A stretch of DNA of 43,863 nt from UHGV virus genome UHGV-0209067; one strand, given 5' to 3'. This DNA is from a virus. Each line of letters starts with the position of its first letter. Positions within the stretch are counted from its first letter, which is position 1. Below the pieces are notes generated by a model, which saw only the letters and a list, made by a program, of their open reading frames with translations, was not told the DNA's origin and ran no database searches. The position numbers and the translations under genes were made by a program. Positions 8,868-16,798 of the stretch are shown in pieces.

Positions 8868-10256
8868 TTAAAATGCGTCGGTGTTGTACTTCTCTGCATA
8901 CTTACGGTGCGTTTTTCTGGGTTTTGCTGCCTCCAGTTGAATCCGTGTTTTTTCTTTGCCAATGTGCTGGTCGATCGGCAGAAAGTGACCGTTTTTAAAC
9001 TCCTGGTAAACTACGGTACCAGCAGCTGCAAAGCGGCATTTGCCGAGGATGACCTCAGCCACACCAGCAGCCGGGCTTTCAGGGTTATAAACTTCATCTC
9101 TGTACAGAAACAGAATGCTGTCAGCATCCTGCTCAATAGAGCCTGAATCACGCAGGTCTGACATTACCGGACGGCGCTGCGCCGCCGGGCGCGCATCGAC
9201 GGCGCGGGAGAGCTGACTCAGTGCAAAGGTTGGCGTGTGCAGGCGCATAGCCATGGTTTTAAGATTTCGGGAAATATGCGCTACAGCGAGATCGTTACGC
9301 TCTGCTTTTGGTTTTTTAATCAGTCCGAGATAGTCGACCATAATCATCGCCAGATGCGGATGACGCCGTTTGTGTGTTTCGGCAATGGCGCGAATTTGTT
9401 CAACCGTAAGGTCGGTTGCATCCACGATCCAGATATCGCGATCCGTAAGCTCACCTATCGCAGCGGTTAATCGTGCCCAGTCCTCATCGTACATATCCTG
9501 TGGATTACGCAGACGGGAAACAGACAGATTCCCGGCACCAGCCAGTGAGCGTTCAACAATCTGAGCAGCGGCCATTTCCATGCTGAAAATTAGCGCGCCT
9601 CCGCCTTTAGCGGTTACGCCTTCCACAACAGTAAGAGCAAATTCGGTTTTACCCATACCTGGTCGACCAGCAACGACAATCAGATCCTGCGGGTTAATAC
9701 CTCCTGTAGCATTATCGAGATCTACAATCCCGGTCAGAAGGTTACGCGTGGATTCATCGCCTTCCATGCGTTTCTGTACGGTGTCCATGTAGGCGGGCAA
9801 CAGCTCGTTAATGTGTACCGGTTGGACGTCGCCGCTTTCAGCAGTCATATCCAGCAGCTGCGCCACAGCCTTTTCCACAACCTGATCACGTTGTTCCTGG
9901 TTGGCAGCATTGCGGATGCCGTCGGCGCCATCCTGCAAAAGTTTCGCCAACGCACGGCTACGCCATGCTTTAACCATCTTCCCTGCATACCCTTTGAGAT
10001 TCGGAATCGTTGCTGGTATGCGGGAAATTTCCGACAAATCAGCCAGGCTTGAACCGCCCAACGCCTCACTGATGAAAAGCATGTCGATCATGCCGTTAGT
10101 CAGTGCCTGTTTTTTTATTTCGCTGAATGCGCGGCGATAAAAACCAATGCTGAATGATTCCTCTGGCGTGGATGCGATCACGTCAAATGCGTCAGGTGTA
10201 GCGCCGCCATTCAACAACCCTGCCAGCACACACGCTTCCAGTTCCTGCGGGGTCAT
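8868..10256 (-). CDS. replicative DNA helicase, DnaB family (phage P-like)
   Basis: 462 aa. Walker A GRPGMGKT, Walker B IMVDYLGL, DnaB C-terminal RecA-like domain with SQLSR / RDSGSIEQDAD motifs. Directly downstream of the O-like initiator. Confidence 0.85.
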   Translation of the reverse strand: MTPQELEACVLAGLLNGGATPDAFDVIASTPEESFSIGFYRRAFSEIKKQALTNGMIDMLFISEALGGSSLADLSEISRIPATIPNLKGYAGKMVKAWRSRALAKLLQDGADGIRNAANQEQRDQVVEKAVAQLLDMTAESGDVQPVHINELLPAYMDTVQKRMEGDESTRNLLTGIVDLDNATGGINPQDLIVVAGRPGMGKTEFALTVVEGVTAKGGGALIFSMEMAAAQIVERSLAGAGNLSVSRLRNPQDMYDEDWARLTAAIGELTDRDIWIVDATDLTVEQIRAIAETHKRRHPHLAMIMVDYLGLIKKPKAERNDLAVAHISRNLKTMAMRLHTPTFALSQLSRAVDARPAAQRRPVMSDLRDSGSIEQDADSILFLYRDEVYNPESPAAGVAEVILGKCRFAAAGTVVYQEFKNGHFLPIDQHIGKEKTRIQLEAAKPRKTHRKYAEKYNTDAF

Positions 10257-11236
10257 AGCGAACCTTCCCGGGTATTACGTAAAGTTTCTGGTTTCATCAA
10301 ATAATCAAAGCTGGCGCGCCATCCACCGTTAGATCCGAAATAAAAATCAGGGGCATCAGCGCGGAATTTTTCGAAGTAACCCAGGAATGCTCCCGTAGTT
10401 TTATTTTTCATATGGGCCGCCAGGCGAATAATCATCCTGCGGCGATCTGTATCCAGTTCAGCAGCAGGCAGTGTGTCAGCGAATATCTCGTTGTAGCCGT
10501 TCATGACAGCATCCGGATCAATATCAGCCTCCGTAGTGGCCCATGCTTCGGCATCTGCGAGATAACCATCAAAGCGATTTACACGGCAGATATTGGCTGG
10601 TTTAGGTAAGCCAGAACCACGGCGACGCCATGTCGCCAGAACCCAACGAATAACTAATTGCAGCTCAGCCAGTGTGTATGCTTCCCGCGTTTGTGTCGGC
10701 GTAAGCATGAGAACGAACGGCTTAACATCACGGCAACGGGTACCGGTTTGTTCGTTATAGAATTCCAGGGCTTTTTTAGCGTCAGCAAGGATCCATTCGT
10801 CGCCCTCCCCCTTCTGGGGGTTAGGGGGATCATTAGGTTCATTGACTGGTTCAAAAGAGTGACTGGTTCTGGTGCCACCACATGGCATAGGGGGTGTGTT
10901 TTCTAACGGCATACCTGTGATTTTTGATGGCACAGGGGCTGTGCTTTTTGGTGGCACAGGGTTATCAAGATTCAGGTAATACACATTCGATGTATTTCCC
11001 TTACCATTGTTAATACCCATACGATTTTCTTTTGTTAAAACGCCCATGCCAATAAGCGCGTCAATATGCGTACGAACAGCACTCCTGCTGCATTCGCAAT
11101 GATCAGCAATGTGCTGATAAGATGGCCAGCATTCACCATTATCATTGGCGTTATCAGCAAGTTTAATCAGCACCAGTTTACGGATTGGGTTTCCGGTTTT
11201 TATTGCCATAGCCCGGGCCATTAGGGTCATGCTCAT
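10253..11236 (-). CDS. replication initiator, lambda O-like (N-terminal HTH + conserved phage C-terminal domain)
   Basis: 327 aa. N-terminal winged-helix LADNANDNGECWPSYQHIADHCECSRSAVRTHIDALIGMGVL, typical of HTH_36 phage replication proteins. Iteron-like repeats inside the linker coding region. Immediately upstream of the DnaB-like helicase. Confidence 0.7.
   Translation of the reverse strand: MSMTLMARAMAIKTGNPIRKLVLIKLADNANDNGECWPSYQHIADHCECSRSAVRTHIDALIGMGVLTKENRMGINNGKGNTSNVYYLNLDNPVPPKSTAPVPSKITGMPLENTPPMPCGGTRTSHSFEPVNEPNDPPNPQKGEGDEWILADAKKALEFYNEQTGTRCRDVKPFVLMLTPTQTREAYTLAELQLVIRWVLATWRRRGSGLPKPANICRVNRFDGYLADAEAWATTEADIDPDAVMNGYNEIFADTLPAAELDTDRRRMIIRLAAHMKNKTTGAFLGYFEKFRADAPDFYFGSNGGWRASFDYLMKPETLRNTREGSL
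10871..10961. repeat. iteron-like repeats (putative ori) inside the O-like gene
   Basis: TGGCA(T/C)AGGGG occurs three times directly (10884, 10928, 10952) plus an inverted GGTGCCACCA at 10871, followed by an AT-rich stretch. Embedded in the inter-domain linker coding region, as lambda ori is in O. Confidence 0.45.
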
Positions 11237-11238
11237 AG

Positions 11239-11484
11239 TCAGATCCCCAGCAGTTCAGCCAGTTCACGACAGGCTATTTCGTAGTCTTTTGGTGTGAGAA
11301 AAACGCACGTCTCGATCATCTCAGCTTTGCGTTTCTCATAAATTTCCCATTTTTTAGCGGACAGGCGTTCTTCAAATATTCCCCGTACGTCATGCGCACA
11401 GGATGGCTCGCCATTTAAACGCCAGCCGTTCCGCCAGGTGATGCGGTCAGTTGATGTCTGCATATTGGTCTTTCCTCGATACAA
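11239..11484 (-). CDS. hypothetical phage protein
   Basis: 81 aa ORF between the YdaT-like and O-like genes. No recognisable domain. Confidence 0.35.
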   Translation of the reverse strand: MYRGKTNMQTSTDRITWRNGWRLNGEPSCAHDVRGIFEERLSAKKWEIYEKRKAEMIETCVFLTPKDYEIACRELAELLGI

Positions 11485-11485
11485 G

Positions 11486-11932
11486 TTAAACGCTGGTCAG
11501 GCGCTGTGTTTCCTGTATGGCTTGTAGTGCCTGTGCTATCCGCTGTGGTCGATCTCTGGCATCAAGCAGCAAGGCAATAATCGCCGCGGCAAAATCACGA
11601 ATCGCGATGCAAATTAACTGCTGAGTGGTCATCCCCAGCTGTGCATATCGTTCCGCAGGCAATGCAGCCTCCATCGCCATGGCCAGCGCTTTAGTTTTGA
11701 TTCTTGCCGCTTTCGTCTCACCACGTAGCCAGCGAAAAATCTGCTGCCGGTTGTTGTTGATTGCCCGCCAGTCAGCATTACCTTTTGAATCCTCCATCGG
11801 GTGCAGTTTTACGCAGCTGGTATTGCCGCCCATTCGAAACCACATGCGAGTGATCTCAATAGCAACATGTTCCTGCCCACGCTCAGCAGCCCAGTTGAAG
11901 ATTTCTCTTTTCAGTTCGTCGAGGTTTTCCAC
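11486..11932 (-). CDS. YdaT-like protein (CII-analogous regulator of Rac-type prophages)
   Basis: 148 aa. The WLRGETK motif and overall pattern resemble E. coli Rac YdaT. Encoded directly after the Cro-like gene, as ydaS-ydaT. Confidence 0.55.
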   Translation of the reverse strand: MENLDELKREIFNWAAERGQEHVAIEITRMWFRMGGNTSCVKLHPMEDSKGNADWRAINNNRQQIFRWLRGETKAARIKTKALAMAMEAALPAERYAQLGMTTQQLICIAIRDFAAAIIALLLDARDRPQRIAQALQAIQETQRLTSV

Positions 11933-11996
11933 TTCGTCGCGTCTCCTGTCGCTGAAAACCTGATTAAGCGTAATCAGATTTCAAATACGCCCTTTG

Positions 11997-12200
11997 TTAA
12001 GCTGCGTTATCAGTCTTTGAAATGTCTTGGTACTCGCATGGATCGTAGACGAGCTCACCAGAGGTCATAAGGGCTAGACGAGCAGCCCTCTTTTCGGGGA
12101 TGTGTACTCCCCAGCGAGAAACTGCGGGTTGAGATACGCCCAATGCCTTTGCCAATTTGGCCTTACTGCCAAAATAATTTATTGCATCTTTAGTAAGCAC
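11997..12200 (-). CDS. Cro-like HTH protein (YdaS-like); start at GTG with GGAGG RBS
   Basis: HTH FGSKAKLAKALGVSQPAVSRW. ORF track 11997..12260 begins with a TTG. An in-frame GTG at 12200 is preceded by GGAGG with 5-nt spacing, giving a 67-aa Cro-sized protein divergent from the repressor gene. Confidence 0.6.
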   Translation of the reverse strand: MLTKDAINYFGSKAKLAKALGVSQPAVSRWGVHIPEKRAARLALMTSGELVYDPCEYQDISKTDNAA

Positions 12201-12279
12201 ATACACCTCCAAGGTATTAACGTTTGTTTGGAAACTACAACTTAACATAAGGTAAGTCAAATTAATTTACATTAACCCT
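12201..12279. promoter_or_regulatory. immunity-region divergent promoter/operator interval (pR-like and leaderless pRM-like)
   Basis: Minus strand has TTGACT-17 nt-TAGTTT reading toward cro. Plus strand has TACATT 6 nt before the repressor ATG with no SD (leaderless, as for lambda cI). The 9-mer CAACTTAAC here (12237) recurs at 12717 next to the pL-like promoter. Confidence 0.45.
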
Positions 12280-12681
12280 ATGAAGAACATCGAACTGAAC
12301 GACCGTATCCGCAGCAGAAGAACACAATTAGATATGTCACAGCAAAAACTCGCAGATGCTGTGAAGGTTTCGCACGTCACTATCTTTAAATGGGAAAGTG
12401 GTGAAACGCAGCCCCGTGGCAAGAATCTATTCGCATTAAGTAAAGTCCTGAAGTGTTCCCCTACGTGGCTACTTTATGGAGATGATGATCAAACTCCATT
12501 ACCCCCTTCTGAAATTCCCACAGAGTTAGATGAGCGCCAGCAAAAGCTGCTTGAGCTTTTCGATTCCCTTCCTGAGTCAGAAAAAGACCGGCATTTGACC
12601 GAATTAGAGCAAAAGGTTGATGACTTCAACGCTCTCTTCGAAGAACTATTAGCTGCCAGAAAAAAATCACAAAAAAAATAA
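12280..12681 (+). CDS. cI-like repressor, XRE-family HTH without a peptidase S24 domain (RacR-like, non-autocleavable)
   Basis: 133 aa. HTH QQKLADAVKVSHVTIFKWESG. Acidic C-terminal dimerisation-like region with no Ala-Gly/Ser-Lys LexA-type cleavage module. Divergent from the Cro-like gene. Confidence 0.75.
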   Translation: MKNIELNDRIRSRRTQLDMSQQKLADAVKVSHVTIFKWESGETQPRGKNLFALSKVLKCSPTWLLYGDDDQTPLPPSEIPTELDERQQKLLELFDSLPESEKDRHLTELEQKVDDFNALFEELLAARKKSQKK

Positions 12682-12744
12682 ATAAAACTTTCAGTAGGTT
12701 ATAAGAAACCACATAGCAACTTAACTTTTTTTAAGTAAAAACCA

Positions 12745-12773
12745 TTGACCAACAACTTACCTTTGATTAAGCT
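12745..12773 (+). promoter_or_regulatory. pL-like promoter (TTGACC-17-TAAGCT) for the early-left operon
   Basis: -35 TTGACC at 12745 and -10 TAAGCT at 12768 with 17-bp spacing, preceded by the CAACTTAAC operator-like 9-mer. Followed by a ~600-nt ORF-free leader. Confidence 0.4.
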
Positions 12774-13337
12774 TTATCTCATCAACGACGCACTAACCAC
12801 GCGGCAGTTGTTCAGAAAAACGTTCTGACAGTCTGGAAAGACAGGCAAAGAATTCTGCGGGGCGCCGCCAGTACGCTGACATGCGGGAAAGACCGCACAG
12901 AATTCGATTCGTTGCAGTGGTGGAAGTAGAGAGCAATGGGCGCGTAACACCACACAAGCCCCCTGTCACGGCAGTGAACGCGGTTTCGCTCAGTATCCCG
13001 CGCATAGAACGCCCCGTGAGGCTTAAAGAGCCGCCTGCTCCCCGTTAACGGAGCACCACAATCAAAGAGCGCGGGCTTTAAAAACCATAGTGGCCAACGT
13101 CTGTATTTAGGGAATCCCAATCCCGACGTGTAACTGGGCGCGGCTCGCTCTTTTTGATTGTGGTGAATTGCAGCCGCTTCGACGGCAACCAGAAGATAAG
13201 CATCTGGCGCCACATTCATATATAGCCATTGCTGTGTGTAGTCTTTGCCCAGTCCCTACGATGGGCTCCTTTTTTACACAGTAACTATTTTGTGACCCTT
13301 CGGTGAAAACCGAAGCCCTCGAAGAGAGGGAAGCGGC

Positions 13338-13434
13338 GAGGAAAGACCAAAGAGCCTGACCTGCTCTGACCCCGGGAAAGACCGGGAGGAAAGACCAATG
13401 GGCATGACCAGCCCTGACTGCCGGGAAAGACCGG
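13338..13434 (+). repeat. tandem ~48-bp direct repeat (2 units) carrying GAGGAAAGACCAA and GGGAAAGACCGG sub-motifs
   Basis: Unit 1 13338-13385 and unit 2 13386-13434 are alignable. Preceded by two adjacent stem-loops (13298-13330). A third partial copy sits at 13532. Confidence 0.5.
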
Positions 13435-13667
13435 CAAACTTTAGACGTAAAAAAGCCCACCTGAGTGGGCTGATTTACCCCAGCGGAGACCAATCCGCCA
13501 GGAAGGTGCCACAGGGGACCAACCCTGTAGCGAGGAAAGACCAATGCAGGACAGAGCCAACACTGATCGGCTCTGAGTATACATCACTAAGGAGCCGCTA
13601 TGGAAGCGCTTGCCATACCAGTAAAGCTGTACATTCACTACCATACCCAAACGTTTTCTTCGGATAA
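13398..13667 (+). CDS. possible small basic Pro/Arg-rich protein (uncertain; N-like antiterminator?)
   Basis: 89 aa ORF beginning exactly at a GAGGAAAGACCAATG motif. Low-complexity and basic. Overlaps the next gene out of frame. Could be non-coding leader. Confidence 0.2.
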   Translation: MGMTSPDCRERPANFRRKKAHLSGLIYPSGDQSARKVPQGTNPVARKDQCRTEPTLIGSEYTSLRSRYGSACHTSKAVHSLPYPNVFFG

Positions 13668-13923
13668 ATACATCGTCGCCACCTGTGACATGTCACGCAA
13701 CTTTCCGGACACCTACGTTTTGTTGGAAACCCGTGAAATTACCCTTGATATAAACCACCCTGAGCCATTCGACATCATTGCTCTGCAGGTCGACCAGCTG
13801 CGCGGCCAGAAAGAAACGATTGCGGCGGAAGCACAACGTCAAATTGACTGTGTCGACGACAAAATTCAGCAACTGCTTTGCATTGATCACACCCCTGTTC
13901 AGGAAAGCGATATCCCATTTTGA
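13600..13923 (+). CDS. hypothetical early protein
   Basis: 107 aa ORF with good RBS (AAGGAG, 7 nt). First convincing gene of the early-left operon. Confidence 0.5.
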   Translation: MEALAIPVKLYIHYHTQTFSSDKYIVATCDMSRNFPDTYVLLETREITLDINHPEPFDIIALQVDQLRGQKETIAAEAQRQIDCVDDKIQQLLCIDHTPVQESDIPF

Positions 13924-13968
13924 TCAGCCGGCGCCAGACCAGCGCCAGTAACCAAAGAGGAAAGACCA

Positions 13969-16242
13969 ATGACCATCTACAACGGCTTATTTGAGCCAAA
14001 AAAATCAGCGGTTAAAGATTGCGGGGCCGTTCAGCTGGCGATCGCAATTGATGCGCCAAACAAAAAAGTGGCAGAAAGCATTATGACCGGCAAACTCTGG
14101 GAAGCCTACCCAGCCAACGGTGACAACTATTTCAAACCCAAGTTATGGGAACATGCTGAAGGTCTGCCGTTGCCGGCTGTTGGTAAGTTCGATGAACAAT
14201 TTGCCCTGGCACACACATTCGACGGGGAAAAATGGGTCATCAACGAACAGGAGACCAACGTTTCAAACCTGCCAGCCAGTAACGAGATTATCGATCTGGC
14301 AAAGCTACCATCCCGGGAACGCTTCGCGGCCGTCCTTATGTTCAGCGATTCTCCCATCGATGGAGTTCTTTACTCTCAGGTGCTGGATTATCTCGATAAT
14401 CTTGAAAATAACGATGAATCCTTTGATGAGGATGATCGGGTTAATCTCAATATTCTCCACGCGCTGCACAATAACGAACCCGTGCAACATATGCATGTTG
14501 AAGGGCTGAATAATCTCATTCAGGCCATTTACGCAAACTTTGAAGATCAAACACCGGGTAAGGCTGCGATTTCACAATTTATTAAACGCTGGCTGGAAAA
14601 CCCAAGTAAGCGTGATGAGATGGTGCCAAACAAAACATCATCACTTAGTACCTGCGTTAAAAATGACAATGTCGTTGTGGCACCACAACGTGGTTATAAA
14701 CACACCTACGCAACACTGGATCAGGAAATTGCCGTTGCCCTACTTCCCATCGCTCCTGATGCGCCTGTGTTATCAGGAAATCTCCGTGATGCGGAAAAAA
14801 TGATTTCTGATGACCGTGAGGATTTCAAACGTTGGTCAGCGGCATTGCGTACTACCGAGCAGATTCTCAAATATGACCGTCCAAGTATCTTTGGGGTTAT
14901 TCAGAATGTCCCATCTAAAGATACATACCATTTCCCTGAGTCACTGCGACGCCATATTGATTCATGGCTCGCTGAACATGGTCAACTCGAATGTGCCGAA
15001 ACGGATGCAGAAAGAACCAGCAAGCAGCTTGCGGCAGAACGCGGCGAATATGTGGAAGGTATCAGCGACCCTAATGATCCTAAATGGGTTAAAACCGATA
15101 CCCAACCACAGGATTCAACCCACGATGACGGAACACTTTCGCGTGATGGAACTATGCCTGAAACAGCCTCAAATGAAGGTGAAAAACCGGAAGTGACAGA
15201 ACAGGAAAAAGTTACAGAAGACCAAGCGGAACAAGCTCGTGAAACGCTAAACAATATGGGTTACGGAGTATATGCGACCAGCCAGGAGACTGCTGACCAA
15301 CCGAATGAAAATCTGGGCGATAAAGTGAAAGCTCTCGTTCAGGATGTGGATCAGCTCGTCGAGCGTGTTAAGCGTGAAGAATCGCTTCCTCAGGCGTCTG
15401 AACTGGTTAAGAGTATTAATGAAATGCAGGCTGGCGAAAACGACAACCTGGAGTTGTGGAAAGAAGTTTTCAAAACAGATGAGCGCTTTACCTCCGCATT
15501 CTCTGTGAATGGCGGCGGAACCTCAATCAATGGCACCTACATGACCATGATCGCTACCCGCGAATTTGGTCCGAAAGGTATCGGCTGGGGTGTGGATATT
15601 CTTGAAGAACGCTTTGACGATGGCGCGCCAATTACTCGCACAGTCAAAGGGGTTGACGGTAATAACACATGGGAACTCATCCCGGACGGTATCGGTGGCG
15701 TCCTTACAGAAAAACACCACGTTATCAAAATCAGTCTTTGGTACATCCGGAATGGTGCGCGCGGTGAAGAGATTTCATTCGGGTGTACCCCGTATATTTA
15801 CGGCAGCAAATACGGCCCAATTTGCGATGGTGAAGCGACAAAAAAATCACTGACTGACGCAACCAAGAAAGCATTGTCTGCACTCGGTTTCTGCGCGGAT
15901 ATTTTCATGGGCCTGTACGATAACCCGGAATATCGCCAGAGAAATAAAGCTGAATTTGCACTCAAAAACGCCAGCGAAAACGCAGAGGATGCAGCCCGCG
16001 TACGTCAGGAACTGGACGATAAACTGACCCGAGTAGCAAATACTCTTGCATCAGCTGTGTCTGAGAACGAGATCAATAAGGTTTATTCTTCGATTGCCCG
16101 TGAAGCAGAGGTGCATCGCAAGGACGCAGAAGCGAAGGGAGACACGCAGCATGCGCGCTATTTAAGTGGGCGCCTGCGTCGCCTGACAACCATCAAAGAT
16201 GAACGTATCGCTGAACTGAACAAAGCCCAGGAGAATGCATAA
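13969..16242 (+). CDS. Rad52/Sak-family single-strand annealing protein fused to a ~500-aa N-terminal domain of unknown function
   Basis: C-terminal GCTPYIYGSKYGPICDGEATKKSLTDATKKALSALGFCADIF matches the Rad52/Sak signature (KSKA...TDA.KRAL..FG). The N-terminal ~450 aa plus an acidic linker have no recognisable motif. Starts at a GAGGAAAGACCAATG motif. Confidence 0.65.
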   Translation: MTIYNGLFEPKKSAVKDCGAVQLAIAIDAPNKKVAESIMTGKLWEAYPANGDNYFKPKLWEHAEGLPLPAVGKFDEQFALAHTFDGEKWVINEQETNVSNLPASNEIIDLAKLPSRERFAAVLMFSDSPIDGVLYSQVLDYLDNLENNDESFDEDDRVNLNILHALHNNEPVQHMHVEGLNNLIQAIYANFEDQTPGKAAISQFIKRWLENPSKRDEMVPNKTSSLSTCVKNDNVVVAPQRGYKHTYATLDQEIAVALLPIAPDAPVLSGNLRDAEKMISDDREDFKRWSAALRTTEQILKYDRPSIFGVIQNVPSKDTYHFPESLRRHIDSWLAEHGQLECAETDAERTSKQLAAERGEYVEGISDPNDPKWVKTDTQPQDSTHDDGTLSRDGTMPETASNEGEKPEVTEQEKVTEDQAEQARETLNNMGYGVYATSQETADQPNENLGDKVKALVQDVDQLVERVKREESLPQASELVKSINEMQAGENDNLELWKEVFKTDERFTSAFSVNGGGTSINGTYMTMIATREFGPKGIGWGVDILEERFDDGAPITRTVKGVDGNNTWELIPDGIGGVLTEKHHVIKISLWYIRNGARGEEISFGCTPYIYGSKYGPICDGEATKKSLTDATKKALSALGFCADIFMGLYDNPEYRQRNKAEFALKNASENAEDAARVRQELDDKLTRVANTLASAVSENEINKVYSSIAREAEVHRKDAEAKGDTQHARYLSGRLRRLTTIKDERIAELNKAQENA

Positions 16243-16796
16243 TGACTACTGCAATCGCGTTAGCTGCTGACTACACCAACCTTCTGCAATTGCTGGAAAG
16301 CTCTGATGAACTAACTCCGGAGATGATCACCGATACACTGGAAGGAATTGAAGGTGAACTGGCGGATAAGCTGGATGCCATCATGGTCATCGCGCGTAAT
16401 AACCTCGGCCATGCCAAAACATGCGATGAAGAAATAAAGCGCCTGGCTGAGCGTAAAAAGTCTTTCGAAAATAAAGATAAAACGCTTCGTAAATATATTC
16501 TGTCTTGCCTGCTTGCTGCCAATCTGGACAAGCTCAAGACCCCTAAGAATAGCTTTACTGCCCGTAAAGGTAGCGTCAGCGTTGTTATCGACAACGAAAA
16601 GCTATTACCGGATGAGTTGGTTACTGTTCAGACGATTGTCGCTCCGGACAAAAAAGCCATCAAAGAAGCGATCGAGGCTGCGGAAGCTGCCGCAGCACAA
16701 ATCACTGCCGATGGTGGTGAAGTGCCAGCAGAACTGTTAAATCCGGTACCGGGTGCCCACCTTGAGATCGGCGAACGCTCACTACAGGTACGATAA
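16242..16796 (+). CDS. Sipho_Gp157-family protein (partner of Sak/Rad52 recombination modules)
   Basis: 184 aa. Pattern LLQLLESSDELTPEMITDTLEGIEGEL...SVSVVIDNEKLLPDELVTV...PDKKAIKEAIEAAEAA is typical of Gp157. TAATG coupling to the SSAP gene. Confidence 0.6.
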   Translation: MTTAIALAADYTNLLQLLESSDELTPEMITDTLEGIEGELADKLDAIMVIARNNLGHAKTCDEEIKRLAERKKSFENKDKTLRKYILSCLLAANLDKLKTPKNSFTARKGSVSVVIDNEKLLPDELVTVQTIVAPDKKAIKEAIEAAEAAAAQITADGGEVPAELLNPVPGAHLEIGERSLQVR

Positions 16797-16798
16797 CT

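Noticed and set aside
13449-13470. Hairpin GCCCAC-CTGA-GTGGGC preceded by an A-run, considered as a lambda-like boxA/boxB nutL site
   Set aside because: The loop is 4 nt, not a GAAAA-type pentaloop. There is no boxA-like CGCTCTTA. A near-identical copy sits in the tail region, where a nut site makes no sense. No N-like gene is evident.
12793-13544. Three overlapping minus-strand ORFs (70, 135 and 145 aa) in the pL leader region
   Set aside because: They are mutually overlapping and antisense to the early-left transcription unit. They have Arg/Pro-rich composition typical of GC-rich non-coding DNA read out of frame, and no RBS.
13600-13923. Short LCIDH pentapeptide shared between the 107-aa early protein and lambda Gam
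   Set aside because: A single 5-residue match without surrounding similarity is most likely chance. The gene is left as hypothetical.
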